The notes under the pieces: model-generated
Databases searched by the model: none
The model's input: the letters and a program-made list of their open reading frames with translations, nothing else
Told to the model about the DNA's origin: nothing
Assembly: GCA_964035545.1 (NCBI GenBank)
Contig: OZ037767.1
Span: forward strand, 20,104,628 to 20,168,627
Source of the DNA: Bugula neritina
Lineage: Eukaryota; Animalia; Bryozoa
Reading direction: 5' to 3'
DNA length: 64,000 bases
Made by a program: the position numbers and the translations under genes
Shown here: in pieces, positions 1-14,400 of the stretch
Position numbering within the stretch: the stretch's first letter is position 1
Layout of the letters: every line of letters starts with the position of its first letter

Positions 1-2469
1 GGGAGTGAATTAATATTGTCAAGTGTCAAATATCAACACTGCATCCATTTTCAACATAATTCGATTTAAAAACTAGACGAAAACTGCCTGGTAAGTCTAT
101 ACCTTCGACATAGATTCATTATACAGAAAAAGTGAAAAACAATTTTAATCCCACCCTGAACAGTGGAGAATAGGCTTTATCAGAAGGCTTTTAGGTAATA
201 TGAAGCCAATATAAGAGCTTTAAGTTTTAAGTTGATGGCATTTATGGTAAAAGGTAGAACTTATCTGCGTTTAAATCTGCTTAAAATAGCTTTGCATCTA
301 TCTACCAGGGCTTAGTTTCGGTATCAAACAGCCAAGGAAAAGCAATAAAACTAACTCTTTAAATTATATACATTTCAAGCACTTCCCACATCAATAATCA
401 TAAATCATAATTCTGCATTAAAACCCCATTAGCCTAATAAAGGATAAACCTAGTTTGTTGTGCGTAGCTGGTATTTATTTATGGCGGATTGCTGTTGCTC
501 CCTCAAAAAGGCCAATATACTAAATATACACCATAAAACAGCCTGTCTCTTTGATCCTTACTTTTTATAAATTATGAGCAGAGAAGATGGAATTAAGTAA
601 ATCTATTAGGAGTTTGATACTTCACAGACTAAACTTTAGAACAGTTTAGATTGAGTAGAGACAGGCACTGAGCTGAGTGTCATGGCAACCACTAGCCCAA
701 GTAACTTACTCCATGAGGGGGGAGGAAGGGGAGGGGGTAGAATGCTACCAATCAGCACCTGAAGGGAAACAGTGGTGCTACAGGGGAACACATAGCGGGT
801 TCAACACTTAGTGAGGGCGGATTATGTTTCCATCTTCTAACACAAGTCATGTATAGCTAGATGTCTTGTGAGATGGTGAAGATTGTAAGAGAGCTAAATG
901 TGATGCTGGTAGTGTGTAGAACGTTTATAGCCAAAAGCTTAATAGCTTTGCTTTGCTGAGTTACAGCCTCTACTGTTCAATTAATTTTAGCTGACTTGAC
1001 AAGAAGATACCGACACAAACAATTACCTGGTAAACCAGATTCTAAAATTCTATCTAAGGTGAAACTATTTCTATTTTATAGCCTTAAAACCCGTGCCAGA
1101 GAGAGTAGCCCAGGGATCTAATCTGGTTGGAACTGACACAGGCAGTAAAATACATTATTACAGCATAATATACTAGTCTTACTTAAATATGTTAATAATC
1201 TAATAATAACTGGAATTGCTCAATCACTCACTTACCAAACCCACAAATACTATGAAAATAATAGCCTGACAGGAAATAGTTGTGTCACTCAAATAAAATA
1301 TGAGTTGCAAGAAGGTCCCTAGTAATAAAGAAGACATCTTTGGAGCAAATTATATAATTTAGGTGGGGAGGTAGCTGGAATCTGTAACATTAGCTATAAC
1401 AAAAGTATCTCTAGCCTACTGGAACGATCAGGGGTCTCTAACATAGCTCAAAGCAACTCGAAATAATGTTTGAACTTTAATGCTACAAGTTGGGTATACT
1501 GGCTTTTCTTATTAGCTTCACCATCACTAAGCCAATGAATTCAAAAATACTTTGCGGTGGCCATTTTGAATGCATCAAAGTCAAGTAGCCTCAAGTTGGG
1601 GTGCAGCTAAGGAAAGATTATTGGTTTGTTTTGTACAAGCTGTGACATAAAACTTCGGATTGGGGTGATCTTCAGATTTCCTAACGTCACTCAAACTTAG
1701 AACATGAGGTACAAAATATACTCATTAGCTTATTGAAATCTAGATTATTTGCTAGAACTTCCAGTCATCCAATCAACTTAAAGAAGCACCAAATAAAAAC
1801 ATTAAAATCTAATAAAAACATTTAAAAACCAGAATAAATGAATAAGCTAACTGTAGGTCACTATCATTTTAATAGCCTATGAATGTTGATGGAATATAAT
1901 TTTATTTTACTCAACAAAAAGTATGTCTGTAATGCTTGTAAAACTATTAGCCTAGAAAAAGATTTAACAAAGATATCATCTAGATTCTAGTGTAAATAGT
2001 GATTTGCTGATATTTCTATTTAATACATGCATATATTAGTGGGGAAGACCAGATGTCTATGATAATAATTCATAACTAATATAACACATACCATACAGAT
2101 AATAATAATTTATATATCACAGTAGGCTGGAGTGAGAGAGAGCATCATGTGGGATACAGCTAATAACACCTTAGATGGCCTCTTAGCTAACAACACTATG
2201 CAAAACCTTCAAGTAGTCTCCAACAAAATGTATTTTAATTCCTATCTTTTTTAAAAACTTCTTTGTGGCCTTGCAAATTCTAATGAAAATAAAGTTGATT
2301 GCATTCAATAAAGAAAAAATTATACCATATTATATTATAATATTATGTTACAGTATATTATTTTATTATATTATATTACATCATATTTCATATTGCACTA
2401 CACTTTACACCCCTATATTATATTATACTATACTATATTACTATGTTATATTATATTATATCATTTTAC

Positions 2470-5400
2470 CTCTACAAAGGGGGGCTGCCCTGTGGCCATC
2501 TCCACTATGGTGCAGCCCAGAGACCAGATGTCAGCTGGAGCTCCGTAACCTCGCTGACCTTTGGTGATGACCTCTGGGGCCATGTACTGCGGGGTGCCTA
2601 CAGATACACACATTGAATTAATTGCTTTGGTACCTTTGTAAGTAGCTCTACAACTAAAATAAAATATCCAGTGGTGGATGGCTGCAATATAGTTTTTTTT
2701 CTATAAGGAAATTTACAGCCTACTATTTAAAAGTATCTTACAACTCAGTTGTTACCCAGAGAGAGGAACAGGAAATACGAACCTGCGAAGGTGCTAAGTT
2801 TACTTTTAAGGCCGGAGAGTCTTTTGGAAGTACCGAAGTCAGAAATCTTGACTATTCCATTATACGTGTTGACTAGGACATTGTCCCCCTTGATGTCTCT
2901 GTGTACTATTTGGTTGTCGTGCTACATGATGTGTAATATAGTCAACATGATATGTAATATAGTCAACATGATGTGTAATATAGTCAACATGATGTGTAAT
3001 ATAGTCAACATGATATGTAATATAGTCAACATGATATGTAATATAGTCAACATGATATGTAATATAGTTAACATGATGTGTAATATAGTCAACATGATAT
3101 GTAATATAGTCAAAACTAAATATATTATTGAACAGAAAGTACTATAATAGCAAATTGTGTAATAAAATAATATAATCACATCAATGGTGTACTATAAGCA
3201 AGTTTTTCTTACCATATACTAGATTATATTGCCCCTAAGAAATATTATATAACAAATGATATAATATAAGACAGTCTGCTACAGATGTTGAATATTATGT
3301 ATTGCAATAGAAAATAGTAATGTAGAATAATTTAATATACAAAACAGTATGAATATAGTATAGGTTAAAATATAGAATAAAATTAACGAAGAAATTAAAT
3401 ATTTTTGCCCTTATTCACCAAATATGTATCAGCACAGAATCTGCAATGAAGTATTATATTCTTGAGAAAAACAGGATAAAAATCCAACTTTCAAGAAAAC
3501 ATAAATCTAATTTTTAGTAAAAGGATCATTTCTGTCTCCTTGTCAAAAACCTCAAATATTTCAACTAAGGTTGCAAGTCATCAAACAGAACAAGTTCAAA
3601 TAAGCTATTCTTAGAGTTTTACAAGAGGACATTCATCAGCAGCCTATACTTCTGGCAACCAGCCAAAATTTAGATTAAATGCAGAGCTGAAAGACTGCAA
3701 AAAAGTTTAAAATTGGATGCCTGTCTCAGGGACTATGCCAGAAAAATGATTAATAATTCCTAATTTATTAGTTATAACGAGTACTTTGCACCTGCGAATC
3801 TGCATTTTACATATGTATCTACTGCAGATTACACCAAATTAATTTTACCAGTTTATCCTTGCAAGGTCATGACCAATTTCGAGACACCCTGCCTCAGCTA
3901 GGATGAGATGAATACAGTTTCTCCATGTTACAGCTGCCCAAATCTAGGAGCTATATACATTCTTACTATGTAATTCCAATCTAGACTTATTAGGTTGGTA
4001 TTAACTTTGATGGCAAAAAAGAACCTTTTTTGATAGGCTGACTAAAATTTGAAACTTTATTATTCTTGTTTCTGATTGTAACCTGAGAGAAACGCTTTTA
4101 AACTCTATAAAGTACCACGTTTAAACTCGCAGTAAAATTAGGTTGTTTGTTTATAAGAGACAGTTTTATGCTTCTTCAGATATCACTTTGTAGAAAGGTA
4201 CTTAGTGGCTACTCTGAAATAATAGTCAAACACTTCAGAGAATTAGAGTGGAAAAGAAAACCTTAAATATCCATTTGGCTATCAAAACATGATAAATTAT
4301 ATAATAATAAACATACTAATCTGGTGCTAATCACACCAACAGCTGCAAAAAGTTGCTTTTTATCAAGATTGATAGATGGAGATTAAGGTACAAAGATTGG
4401 ATACACATTAAAGAGTAAGATGCGGAATATACCTTAGAATTACTACACTAGATGATCTGCTTAGGTGCTATAAACCCCCCTATAAGGTGCTAAACTAAAC
4501 TTTCACTCAAACGAGCTCAGCAAAATCAAATTTGGATAATTTGAAAAACTGGGCAACCAATGGAGGCCCAGAGTCATGGAAATATTAAATTGATTTATAT
4601 TTAATGCCACCCCTGCTTTAATAAGTAGCTAGTTGTTGATCTCAAGTAGGAAAAGGAAGACTTTAGACAGAGCAGTATTTCGCTCTTTTATATTGAGTCT
4701 ATGCCAATGGACTTACAAAGACCTTTTAAAAAGCTACATTATACTAAATACAAAATAAATGGTAGTCTAGAAGGGAGGGGGGGGAAACTCAACTAGTCAT
4801 ATAATATTATATATTATATTATAATGTAATATAACATGTTATACAATAACATAATATAATAATATAAAATAATAAAATATATTATATTATAATGTAATAT
4901 AACATGTTATACAATAACATAATATAATAATATAATAAAATAAAATATATTATATTATAATGTAGTATAAAATTTTATACAATTATACAATATAATATAA
5001 GATATTATATGATGAGATAATATGTTATATAATACACTCTTCTGATCATATATTATAATTAAATCACACTACAAAGCTACCGCTATATGCTCACTAAACA
5101 CTTGATACTACCCACTGTATACCTAAGTACTTACTAAATACTTGAGTCCATCAAGAATCTGCTTAGTGTAGGTTATCATGGAGTGCTCATTATCTTTCAG
5201 AGGCCCCCACTTGTTCCTCAAGAGCTGTGTGAGACTTCCCCCAGGCACCTGAACAGGTAAAAACATTCAGTGTGGTTCAGGTTAAATATTTGGTGCAAGC
5301 GTTATAACAGAGTAAACAAAATACAATTGGAATGACAAATTGAGCTGGAATAGTAAACAATGGCATGGCAGTTTCACCAACTTTGGTGCATCTCAAAACA

Positions 5401-8400
5401 TGCTGAAATACACAATACATAGATGATATGTAGTAGCTATGCTGTTATGTGTTACATTCTACCCAGTATCTTGAGTAAGACAAACTAAAATAGCTACATC
5501 GGTTAGTGTAGACTGCTGGTGAGTTCAGTATGTAAGAGATACACTCACGATGCCACTACTGCTGCCACTACTGCTGCCACTACTGCTGCCACTACTGCCT
5601 TCCCCCCCCCTCCCGCTACTAAACAGTCCTTATGATTGGTCAAGAAAAGGTAGCAAAACTGGCCCGCTTAAGAGTGTCTATTTCCTATGAATATTCAGCA
5701 GGCCAACTACCCAGGCCGATGACACTTGATGTAGAAATTAATTACTCCATATCTGCTTTTCTCCAGATGTTAAGACCAACTAATATGTCAAAGATTGGCC
5801 AAATAATTGTGAAGAATGCTGGTGGACTCTTCACAATGTGGTACTACTATCTCATTATCACAATAGAAATTCAGAGCCCCACTTCCCATAACGCAGAATT
5901 CTAAATATTTTCTTCCGGCATATCTTACAGCCTTGAACTTATGAACCACAATGGGGGCAAGGTGGTACCACACACTGCTAAGTGCTCCACCTAGACCTAA
6001 CAATAGAGGACTTTCACAGCAGCCAGATATCTTGAAAGGTTAGACGTTCACAGTGGCAACATTGACATCATTTTGGCATTACCCTAAACTGCAGCAAAAA
6101 ATGCTAGATTTTCTATTCTGCTAATTTTCTACACAACTTTAAAAGTCTCAAGGTCTGGCCACATGGAGTGGAATCTCACAGTTGAAAGCATTTAAGGTGT
6201 AAACTAGCTATGAAAACTACAGTTTTCATGACCAATGGTATTTGTCCATGACTTTACTTATATTCTGAAATCTCACTTCCAATTTTCAGTGAAAGTACTA
6301 TTAATAAAAACAAGATCGGAAAACTTAGATAAGAAAAGAAAAATTGCTAAATGGTACACAATCAATCGGATCACTACATTTATTTAGCATATTATTTTCA
6401 CAAAGCAGCTCAATTTTGCCATCTGGTGGTTTATATAGAAACCCAATTCATATAGCCAGACCTATGCTCTACAACAAGCCATATTCTGTGAGTTCATCAC
6501 TCAGTACCTGTTCCATGAAGATTTTCAGGTATCCACCATCCACCATTGAGCCCAGGTACCGGACGATATTCCTGTGAGTGAGATTGGCGTGCAGACGTAT
6601 TTCCTCCTGAAGCGGCTGCACGTCACTACAACAAGCGGAGAGTCATGGTGTCAAGGAACCAATCACTGACACCACCAACAATAAATAGAATTTGACAAAT
6701 TCTAACTTTCTGTTCAAAAAACTGTCAAATTTAGAATGATTTTTTATTCCAATCTCCATAATTTGTTCGGAGATGAAATCCTGCAACTCACAACAATAAA
6801 CTTATAAACATTGTTTTTCATTTTTAGTATTAGTAAAGTTTCTAGCCATTTTAAAATAAATAGACAACACATTTGTTGCAAGAGAATGTCCTGAAATACT
6901 GCCTTTAAATCTACAGACAAGACACAATTAGAGCTGATCATCTGAAGAAATGATACGGCAATTTCTATAACAATATAATATATAGAAACACTAAATATAG
7001 CTGTCAGTTCGCACAGGAGTGATTCAGCATCTACCAAGGTTGACGCAAGCCAGTTTCTACGACTATATGGTAAAATACTAGAGAAATACCAACATATATA
7101 TGCCAATATATATACGTATTTGCATATTGAGTAAAGTTGTAATGGCGCAAGCCATACGTCTAGTAGTTGAAATATTCTTCAACAATTCAGTGAAGTAAAT
7201 GCTAGCAATAAAAATCACTTTATTTAACTCCAGTTTTCTGCATCCAAACAGAAACAGAAACATGAAGAGATAAGTCTCAGTTTAGCATATCAAGGCCAGA
7301 TTGAATCGGCAGCATATTTTACTGGCAGCGACTTGACCAGAAGCTATCTGATTAGAGGCGGAGTTTCGTTACTAAGTCATGAAAGTATACAATAAAAATG
7401 GAAGTTGAACTTCAACAGAGAGATGCTGTTAGAAATGGTTAGATATGAGACTGAGACTTACTCAATGGTTTGCTCTGGTATCTCTTTAATAGCAATCTTG
7501 AGGTGAGTGTTGGTATCTCTAGCAGCCACCACCACACCATAACTCCCTTTACCCAGTATTATTCTATGGCCCTTGTCATCCAGCTCGTACTCGTACTGAA
7601 AACATACAACACACAGTAAACTCTGATGGCATACTATGTGAATATAGTACGATACTATTTTCACAAAACTGTATTCAAACTTGGGTTCTACATAGCTGAA
7701 CCAAAGAAAGGTAAGAGAGCAATCTGGGATACCATCATCTAAGCATGCATTTGGCCAACACCAATCAAACCACACAAATGACACTATAAAAAAATTCTAT
7801 TATTATGGTAATTCCTAAGCCCTTCACCTAGTTATGTAACAAAGAGTATGGCTTCACTCACGGGTTTAGCCCGAATAATTTACATAATTTTTAGGGCTAC
7901 AAGGCACCGCGCCTCACACAAATGCAATTGTGTTCTACATTGCTGAGCCCTGAATAAGTTCAACTCTAGGAGAAATGCCATGGTGCATGTCACTCTTGTC
8001 AGAAGCTCCCTTGACGAAGTGACAAGAACCTACAGGTGCTTGGGAGAGTAATGGAGAGCACCTGCTAATACTACTACAGTACCTTGTACAGAATCAGCTG
8101 ATGGTGCATTGTGCGGAATCTTTTAGACTTTGAGTTTGAGAATGATACAACTTGAGCTCAAGAATTGTAGGGGACATCCCATAACAACCCCCCCCCCCAT
8201 CACACAGTCTATTCTACATAAAAATACTCACTACATTTACAATCCTTAATTCACAAATTTTCTAATATTAAATTTAGGGAGAGTTTTAAACTCAGACTTT
8301 TAAACTTTATATCTCAGTTACAACTGTTGGTCATGTTTCATGGGTTTGCCAAGAAAGCATGTAACACTAGAAAAATTATATAATAGATTTATGTATTTTA

Positions 8401-11400
8401 TGTATTTTATGTATTTATGCACCAAAATCAAGATCCATGGAAGCCAACAAACTCACACCACATAATTATAACCTGTGATAATATAGCTCTTTATAACTGC
8501 CAGTTAGTGTGTCTCATGAAAACTAATAGCAGTATAAACCAGAGAATATAACAGTGATTTAGAGGAGTTTATTTTCTCTGTGTGTAATTTAGACGGCAAG
8601 AGTTAGATACTATCAGCTTTATTAGGTAACATCCTGGGCAGAATCACAAGTCTAAATGTCAAGATGATAAATTACAGTAACTCATAATGTATAATGTAAA
8701 TAACTATAATTTACATAATTCATGAGTTGAAAGCTGTTTCGAAATGGACTGTAAACCAAAACTAGTTCACTAGTACTATTAGAATGATATCTAGTCAAGA
8801 TATAAAGCTCCTCCTGGTGGCCAGAAGTTGCTGGTAGAGTTGGGAGTTCCAGTTCCTGGTAATAATATTGAAGCACCAAAAGCAAAGCTCTATGCACTAC
8901 TAAATCCGTGCAGATTAACGCCCAGGGTTCAGCTAATGAAAGGCAAAAAAGTAAATATGGCCGACGAGATACCTGCAGCAGACATCTTTATGGGTTTACA
9001 GATAAAATATAGACAGCTCAGAAATTTGAGCAGGTGAAGGCACAACTGGTAATTAACATGAGAATGAGCTCTACTGAAACACCAGTAGCATTACAGCTCA
9101 AACTAAACTATCAAACGGCCAACTCTTATAAACCTCCAGCACTCTCAAACCTTGAGTAGACTTCTCATGTAGACATTGTATGAAGTGAACAAGTGTTTAA
9201 ATACCTAGTGTGAACATACCTTTAAATACCGAGAGTGAACATACCTTTAGATAATAAGAGTATACTTAGCGTAGAGTATCCGATAGACAACTTACCTGGA
9301 TGTTGCAGGCGTCTGTAGAGTCCATAGCGAAGTCCGTCTTTATCAGATTGTCATCATTATCAATCTCAAACATATTGAGTACGGACTCGTAGAATCTACA
9401 TAAGTCATGTTGATATTTAGCAAGGAGAAGAATATAAAATACTAGGTGAAATAGAGAAGACAACTTTGAATTCTATCAATTAATACTTATAAAATATTTT
9501 CCAAATTTGAGCTTTGAAGAACGACTCTCCAACAGTAAAGACATACAGACTACCACATACAGACTACCACACACAGACTACCACACACAGACTACCACAC
9601 ACAGACTACCACACACAGACTACCACACACAGACTACCACACACAGACTACCACACACAGACTACCACACACAGACTACCACATACAGACTACCACACAC
9701 AGACTACCACATACAGACTACCACACACAGAACAATTTCTAAAGTGAAAGAATTACCCTGTTCTCTTGAGTTCGGAGGGAAAAAAGATGTGGAAATCATC
9801 GCTGTTCTGCTGGACGTAGAGAAAGATGGCACGGGCATCCCTCTTGTACAGCGACACGCCCTTTATATGCTGCCTTTCGAAACACCACTGGTGAATCTGC
9901 TTGCTGTCCTGCTGCACGTGCCACAGCTTGATGGTGGGCGGCTGCCAAATGGTAAATACACAGCATTGGTGTTCACATAACATACAACATAACACTAGGC
10001 TAGTTAGATAACATACAAGGTGCCTGTATACAGTCTAGTACTGTGACCATTGTATTATTGTATTCCATACACATTAACCTGAAGAGAAGACGACTCCAAC
10101 ACCAGAATTATGCAGAGTATATCGCAGACGGAATACACTCACCTCATCATCAGTGTCGGTGTTGATCTGGACATAACTCGGTGTATAGAGTTTAGTAGGC
10201 TCCAACACCAGCACCTGCATATGTAACATAACGTGTGAGTTTAGAGGTAAAAGGTCATCACAACAAATTAGGTTGAGTAGTGACAACAACTCCGTGCAAT
10301 GCAGCAAAATTCTTCAAAACACCCATCTAATTATAAGATATGATAGTAACATTGAAAATCAACTCATTTGCTTTGCCAGTGACATTTGAGAATTGTGCAT
10401 GCAGTAATCAGACTTCTGCTAGAACAGCAACCAGTTATAGTGTGATAGTTTCAGTTTTTAAGCACTCCCTTGTGATGAGAGAGGCTACTGTAACCCACCC
10501 TAACCATAAACTATAAACTCGTATCTTGTGTTATCCACAGGTAAGTTTATTAGTTTGCCAGAAGAAGAAAGTGCAGACAACTCACAGGAAACCTCACACA
10601 GCTCGTCTCCTCGTCTTTAATAGCTTCCATGAAGAAGTCCATCCAGAAGTGGAAGAGCTGCACCTCTATAGACTGGTTCTCGTCTTGTTCGGTGTTCTCA
10701 TAGCGATAGTAGTTGATCAGCTGAATGTTTCCTACAAGTAAGGGACAGCACCTAGACTAGAGTGTAAGAGAAGACAATACCTAGAATAAAGTGTAAGACA
10801 ATACCTATAGTAGAGTGTAAGGGAAGACCATACCTAGAGTAGAGTGTAAGGGAAGATAATGCCTAGACTAGAGTGCAAGAGAAGACAATACCTAGAGTAG
10901 AGTGTAAGAGAAGACAATACCTAGAGTAGAGTGTAAGAGAAGACAATACCTAGAGTAGAGTGTAAGAGAAGACAATACCTAAAGTAGACTTGAGGTACCA
11001 GATGGGAGGCTGAAGCTTGAACATACACTCTGCAGCTTGTATAGACTTAGTGTAGTCCTCAGCTAACACAGAGATCTCAAAGTATGTGGCCACGTCCCAG
11101 TAGTCCTGTAAGTTACTCAGGCTACCTTTTCGGCCAATCAGGTTGTTAAGACTGCACCCTGTCAAAATGAAATTCACAGAAATATATACAATCTGCCTGC
11201 AGATTTTGTGGTTTATTTTGTGTAACAGCAGTATTATCAGGCGACCATAAGTTGCACCTACGAAAGTACATGTATTACAAAAACCAAGTTTATATACAAT
11301 AAGAAGTTTATAAAATGCATATAGAAAACATTACATTCCAGAGCTAACACACAACCAACACAAAAAGACAATACTTTGGTCTAGTTCAAATGCGGCAATG

Positions 11401-14400
11401 TATAAAGTAATCTAGATTTTATATTCACAATTTTCAACATGATTAATATATATTTTATCTATTATATTAGAAAACTAGTAAAAAACTTACTAAGCAATAG
11501 CAAATAAAATTATCACAACATGAACCTTATCTAAATCCCAAACTGCTTTCAATGACAACATAGAGTTGAAGATTAGACTTTCAAAGTAACAACAGTAGAG
11601 CTTGTCAAGTAATTGCAGCTGCAACTACAGACCTGTAGCTATTACTACAGCTCTGTAGTGATTACTACAGCTCTGTAGTTATTACTACAGCTCTGTAGTG
11701 ATTACTACAGCTCTGTAGTTATTACTACAGCTCTGTAGTTATTACTACAGAGCTGTGTAGTTGCTTTACTCACCAATTCGCTGCAATTCTCGATCAGTCC
11801 TGAAGTCTTTGCCAGAAATAACCAACATGGTGGCCAGGTTGATGCCGGCATATACATTCGCCTGTAGTTCAAACCCCTTGCGATACCTGAATACACCACA
11901 CAGCATTAGGAAAGGCTAACTGAACACAATATACATAAGCAATGCAGTATCACAGGCTACAGTTGCTAGCTCCACTCTACATGGACGATACTAAAGCTAT
12001 TAGAGAAACACTTTCTAAGATTCTCAGCAAAATCACTTCAACTCATGAGTTACAACTTCGCATTGAACAGCAAAATTGTTCATTACATTTCCCAAGCTCT
12101 GATATCTAAACACATTTTTTACAAGAAAGCAAGTATTAATATTAGAACACCAATGACTGCCAAAGAACGTGTAGGATGCTGACTGAATGTTACCAACAAC
12201 ACAGAGATATGGTGCATATTGTGACCTCTGGTAATCTCTAGTGACATCTGCATGCTGGTAGTCAACCAACCCCAGACACTCACCATTTAATAGCCTCATC
12301 ACGGCTTTCCACATCCGTGTAGTTACTCTCGTTGAACTTGTCCTTGTAGATACGGCCGCACAGACAGACCACATCCTGTACGGAGCTGCCCCCTTTCATC
12401 ACCTCCGCCACTCTCCTTATGACAGTGAGAGCTTTGTCTCGATCTCCTGGCTCGTTCCTCCTAAACATCAAAAACACAAAGTAGAGGGAGTCAACACTCC
12501 CCCCCCCCCACCACGCTAATAAACTGCAGTGTATGTTTCTAGGGTTACAAATACAATAAATACTATTAAGCCATCATAAGTTGCTATGCAGAAACTCCTA
12601 AATAAGCTATAAAAAGGTCATTCCAGCCACCAAAACAGATAAAAATAGAAAGGCATTGACGCAGTACACTAGAACAGTTCGCTGGTTTCCCACGTAGCCT
12701 ATAGATCTGGGTTTGAGTGCAGCCAGTTCTGTCAAAGAATTCTCATCAGTTCTAACAGTTTTCTAGGACTCCATCATGTTTATATCACAGAGTTACCTCC
12801 TCTTATAATATAATAAGTTTGGTTCTGTAAACTTGGGTTATCAGTCCATCAGGTCTCAAGGCTACATTCATTGTGTGAAAATAAGTTTTTATATTAAATT
12901 AACTGCAGCACAGCTATAGATTTTCTGTTGCTTCAACAACTGATTGCTATCTTGTAAATGTTTACCATTGAGTATTACATGATATTAACACACCTTCTCG
13001 CTCTGCTGACAGTGGATATGATTTGAATTATTCAGCACAAATACTGATAGCACCAGTTATATTGTGTTAGTTTTCTTAGCAAGTAATGCAAATGTTCACC
13101 AGTAGACTACTTTTTCTACCTTCTCCATGTATGAGTAGCTCAGTAAAGTCTGGCACTTTTCCAAACTGATCGAACTCTAACCAAATTATTTGGTCAGTTT
13201 GTGTTTTAAACTGGCTGCAGGCCAGCTGGGGTCATCACATGAGAAACTGGTGTTACACATTTCATGTTAGTTTAGAATGCTCAGTGGGATACTAGATGAG
13301 GGTGACTATATGTTACACCCCCTCTCTGCCAGAGATATTATAGAAGTTATGTAAGAGAGCAACAATGGAAGCATGGAATGTCTAAATTAAAATCTGAGAA
13401 ATTAAAGGAGAGAAAAGTTGTTGCGAGAGTGATAAATATTGTCTATAAATGTCACGTAGTAATTCGCTGGAACTCCCATATGGATTGATTAACTTGAATT
13501 ACACTATTGAGAGGGATGTGGAGTAGAAGCTAGAGGTGAGGTAATAAGTCAATGAACTACCCACAAGTGGCGCATGAATGCATTATGATGGTGACCAGCA
13601 TGGTAACCATAACTCAATTCCCTGGGCTACAATTCTTCAGTGCTTACCAATATACAAGAGTCACACAAACCAGAAAATTAAATTAAGTTTCAAAGAAATG
13701 CAATGCGGTTTGAAGTAAATTAATTCCAAGCAAAGGAAATAAATAATTCAATTTACTAGAAGAAAGGAAAAGCAAAAGGAAGTAGTAATTGTTACCCTGT
13801 ATTCCATAACATTTCACTCTATAATCTATGTATGTGACTATACTCAACACATTAATAAATAATTAGTGCTTTAGAAAAACCTGTTAATGGTGAAACATTA
13901 ATCACTGCATTAACTAACTCCCACTTTATCATAGCTTTACTATGAAGTTTATGAACTCAGGTGGGTGCATGTGGGGGTTAAAACCAAGTGGTGGATGCAG
14001 ATGGGGGTTAAAACCAAGTGGTGGATGCAGATGGGGGTTAGAACTAAGTGGTGGATGCACGTGAACTAAGTGGTGGATGCACGCGGGGGTAGAACACTGA
14101 CCTGTTGAGGGCAAAGGCATACTGCTGCTGAATATAGATGGTGTCAGCCCTTGAAGAGATCTTACTGGGTAGGGCCATCAGGTCCTCTACGAACTTCACC
14201 ATAGCATCATAATCCTGGGAAACATACCGTGTTACACATATAATACTGGTACACATTATCATATTATAGTATCATATCACAGTATCATCTTATAGTATTA
14301 TATCATGGAATCATATCATAGAATCATATCACAGTATCATATTATAGTATCATATCATAGAATCATATCATATCATAGTATCATATCACAGTATCATATC

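Noticed and set aside
1-2400. Next ASK1 exon (kinase subdomains X-XI)
   Set aside because: No segment with the expected AAxFKVG-like peptide and proper splice sites was found; presumed outside the window.
5249-6513. 9-bp complementarity between the intron 15 donor (GAACAG|GTA) and its acceptor tract (TACCTGTTC)
   Set aside because: Too short to distinguish from chance.
10750-10980. CRISPR-like 29-bp periodicity (also the 31-, 34- and 49-bp arrays)
   Set aside because: Head-to-tail repeats with no unique spacers, inside spliceosomal introns, and no cas genes.
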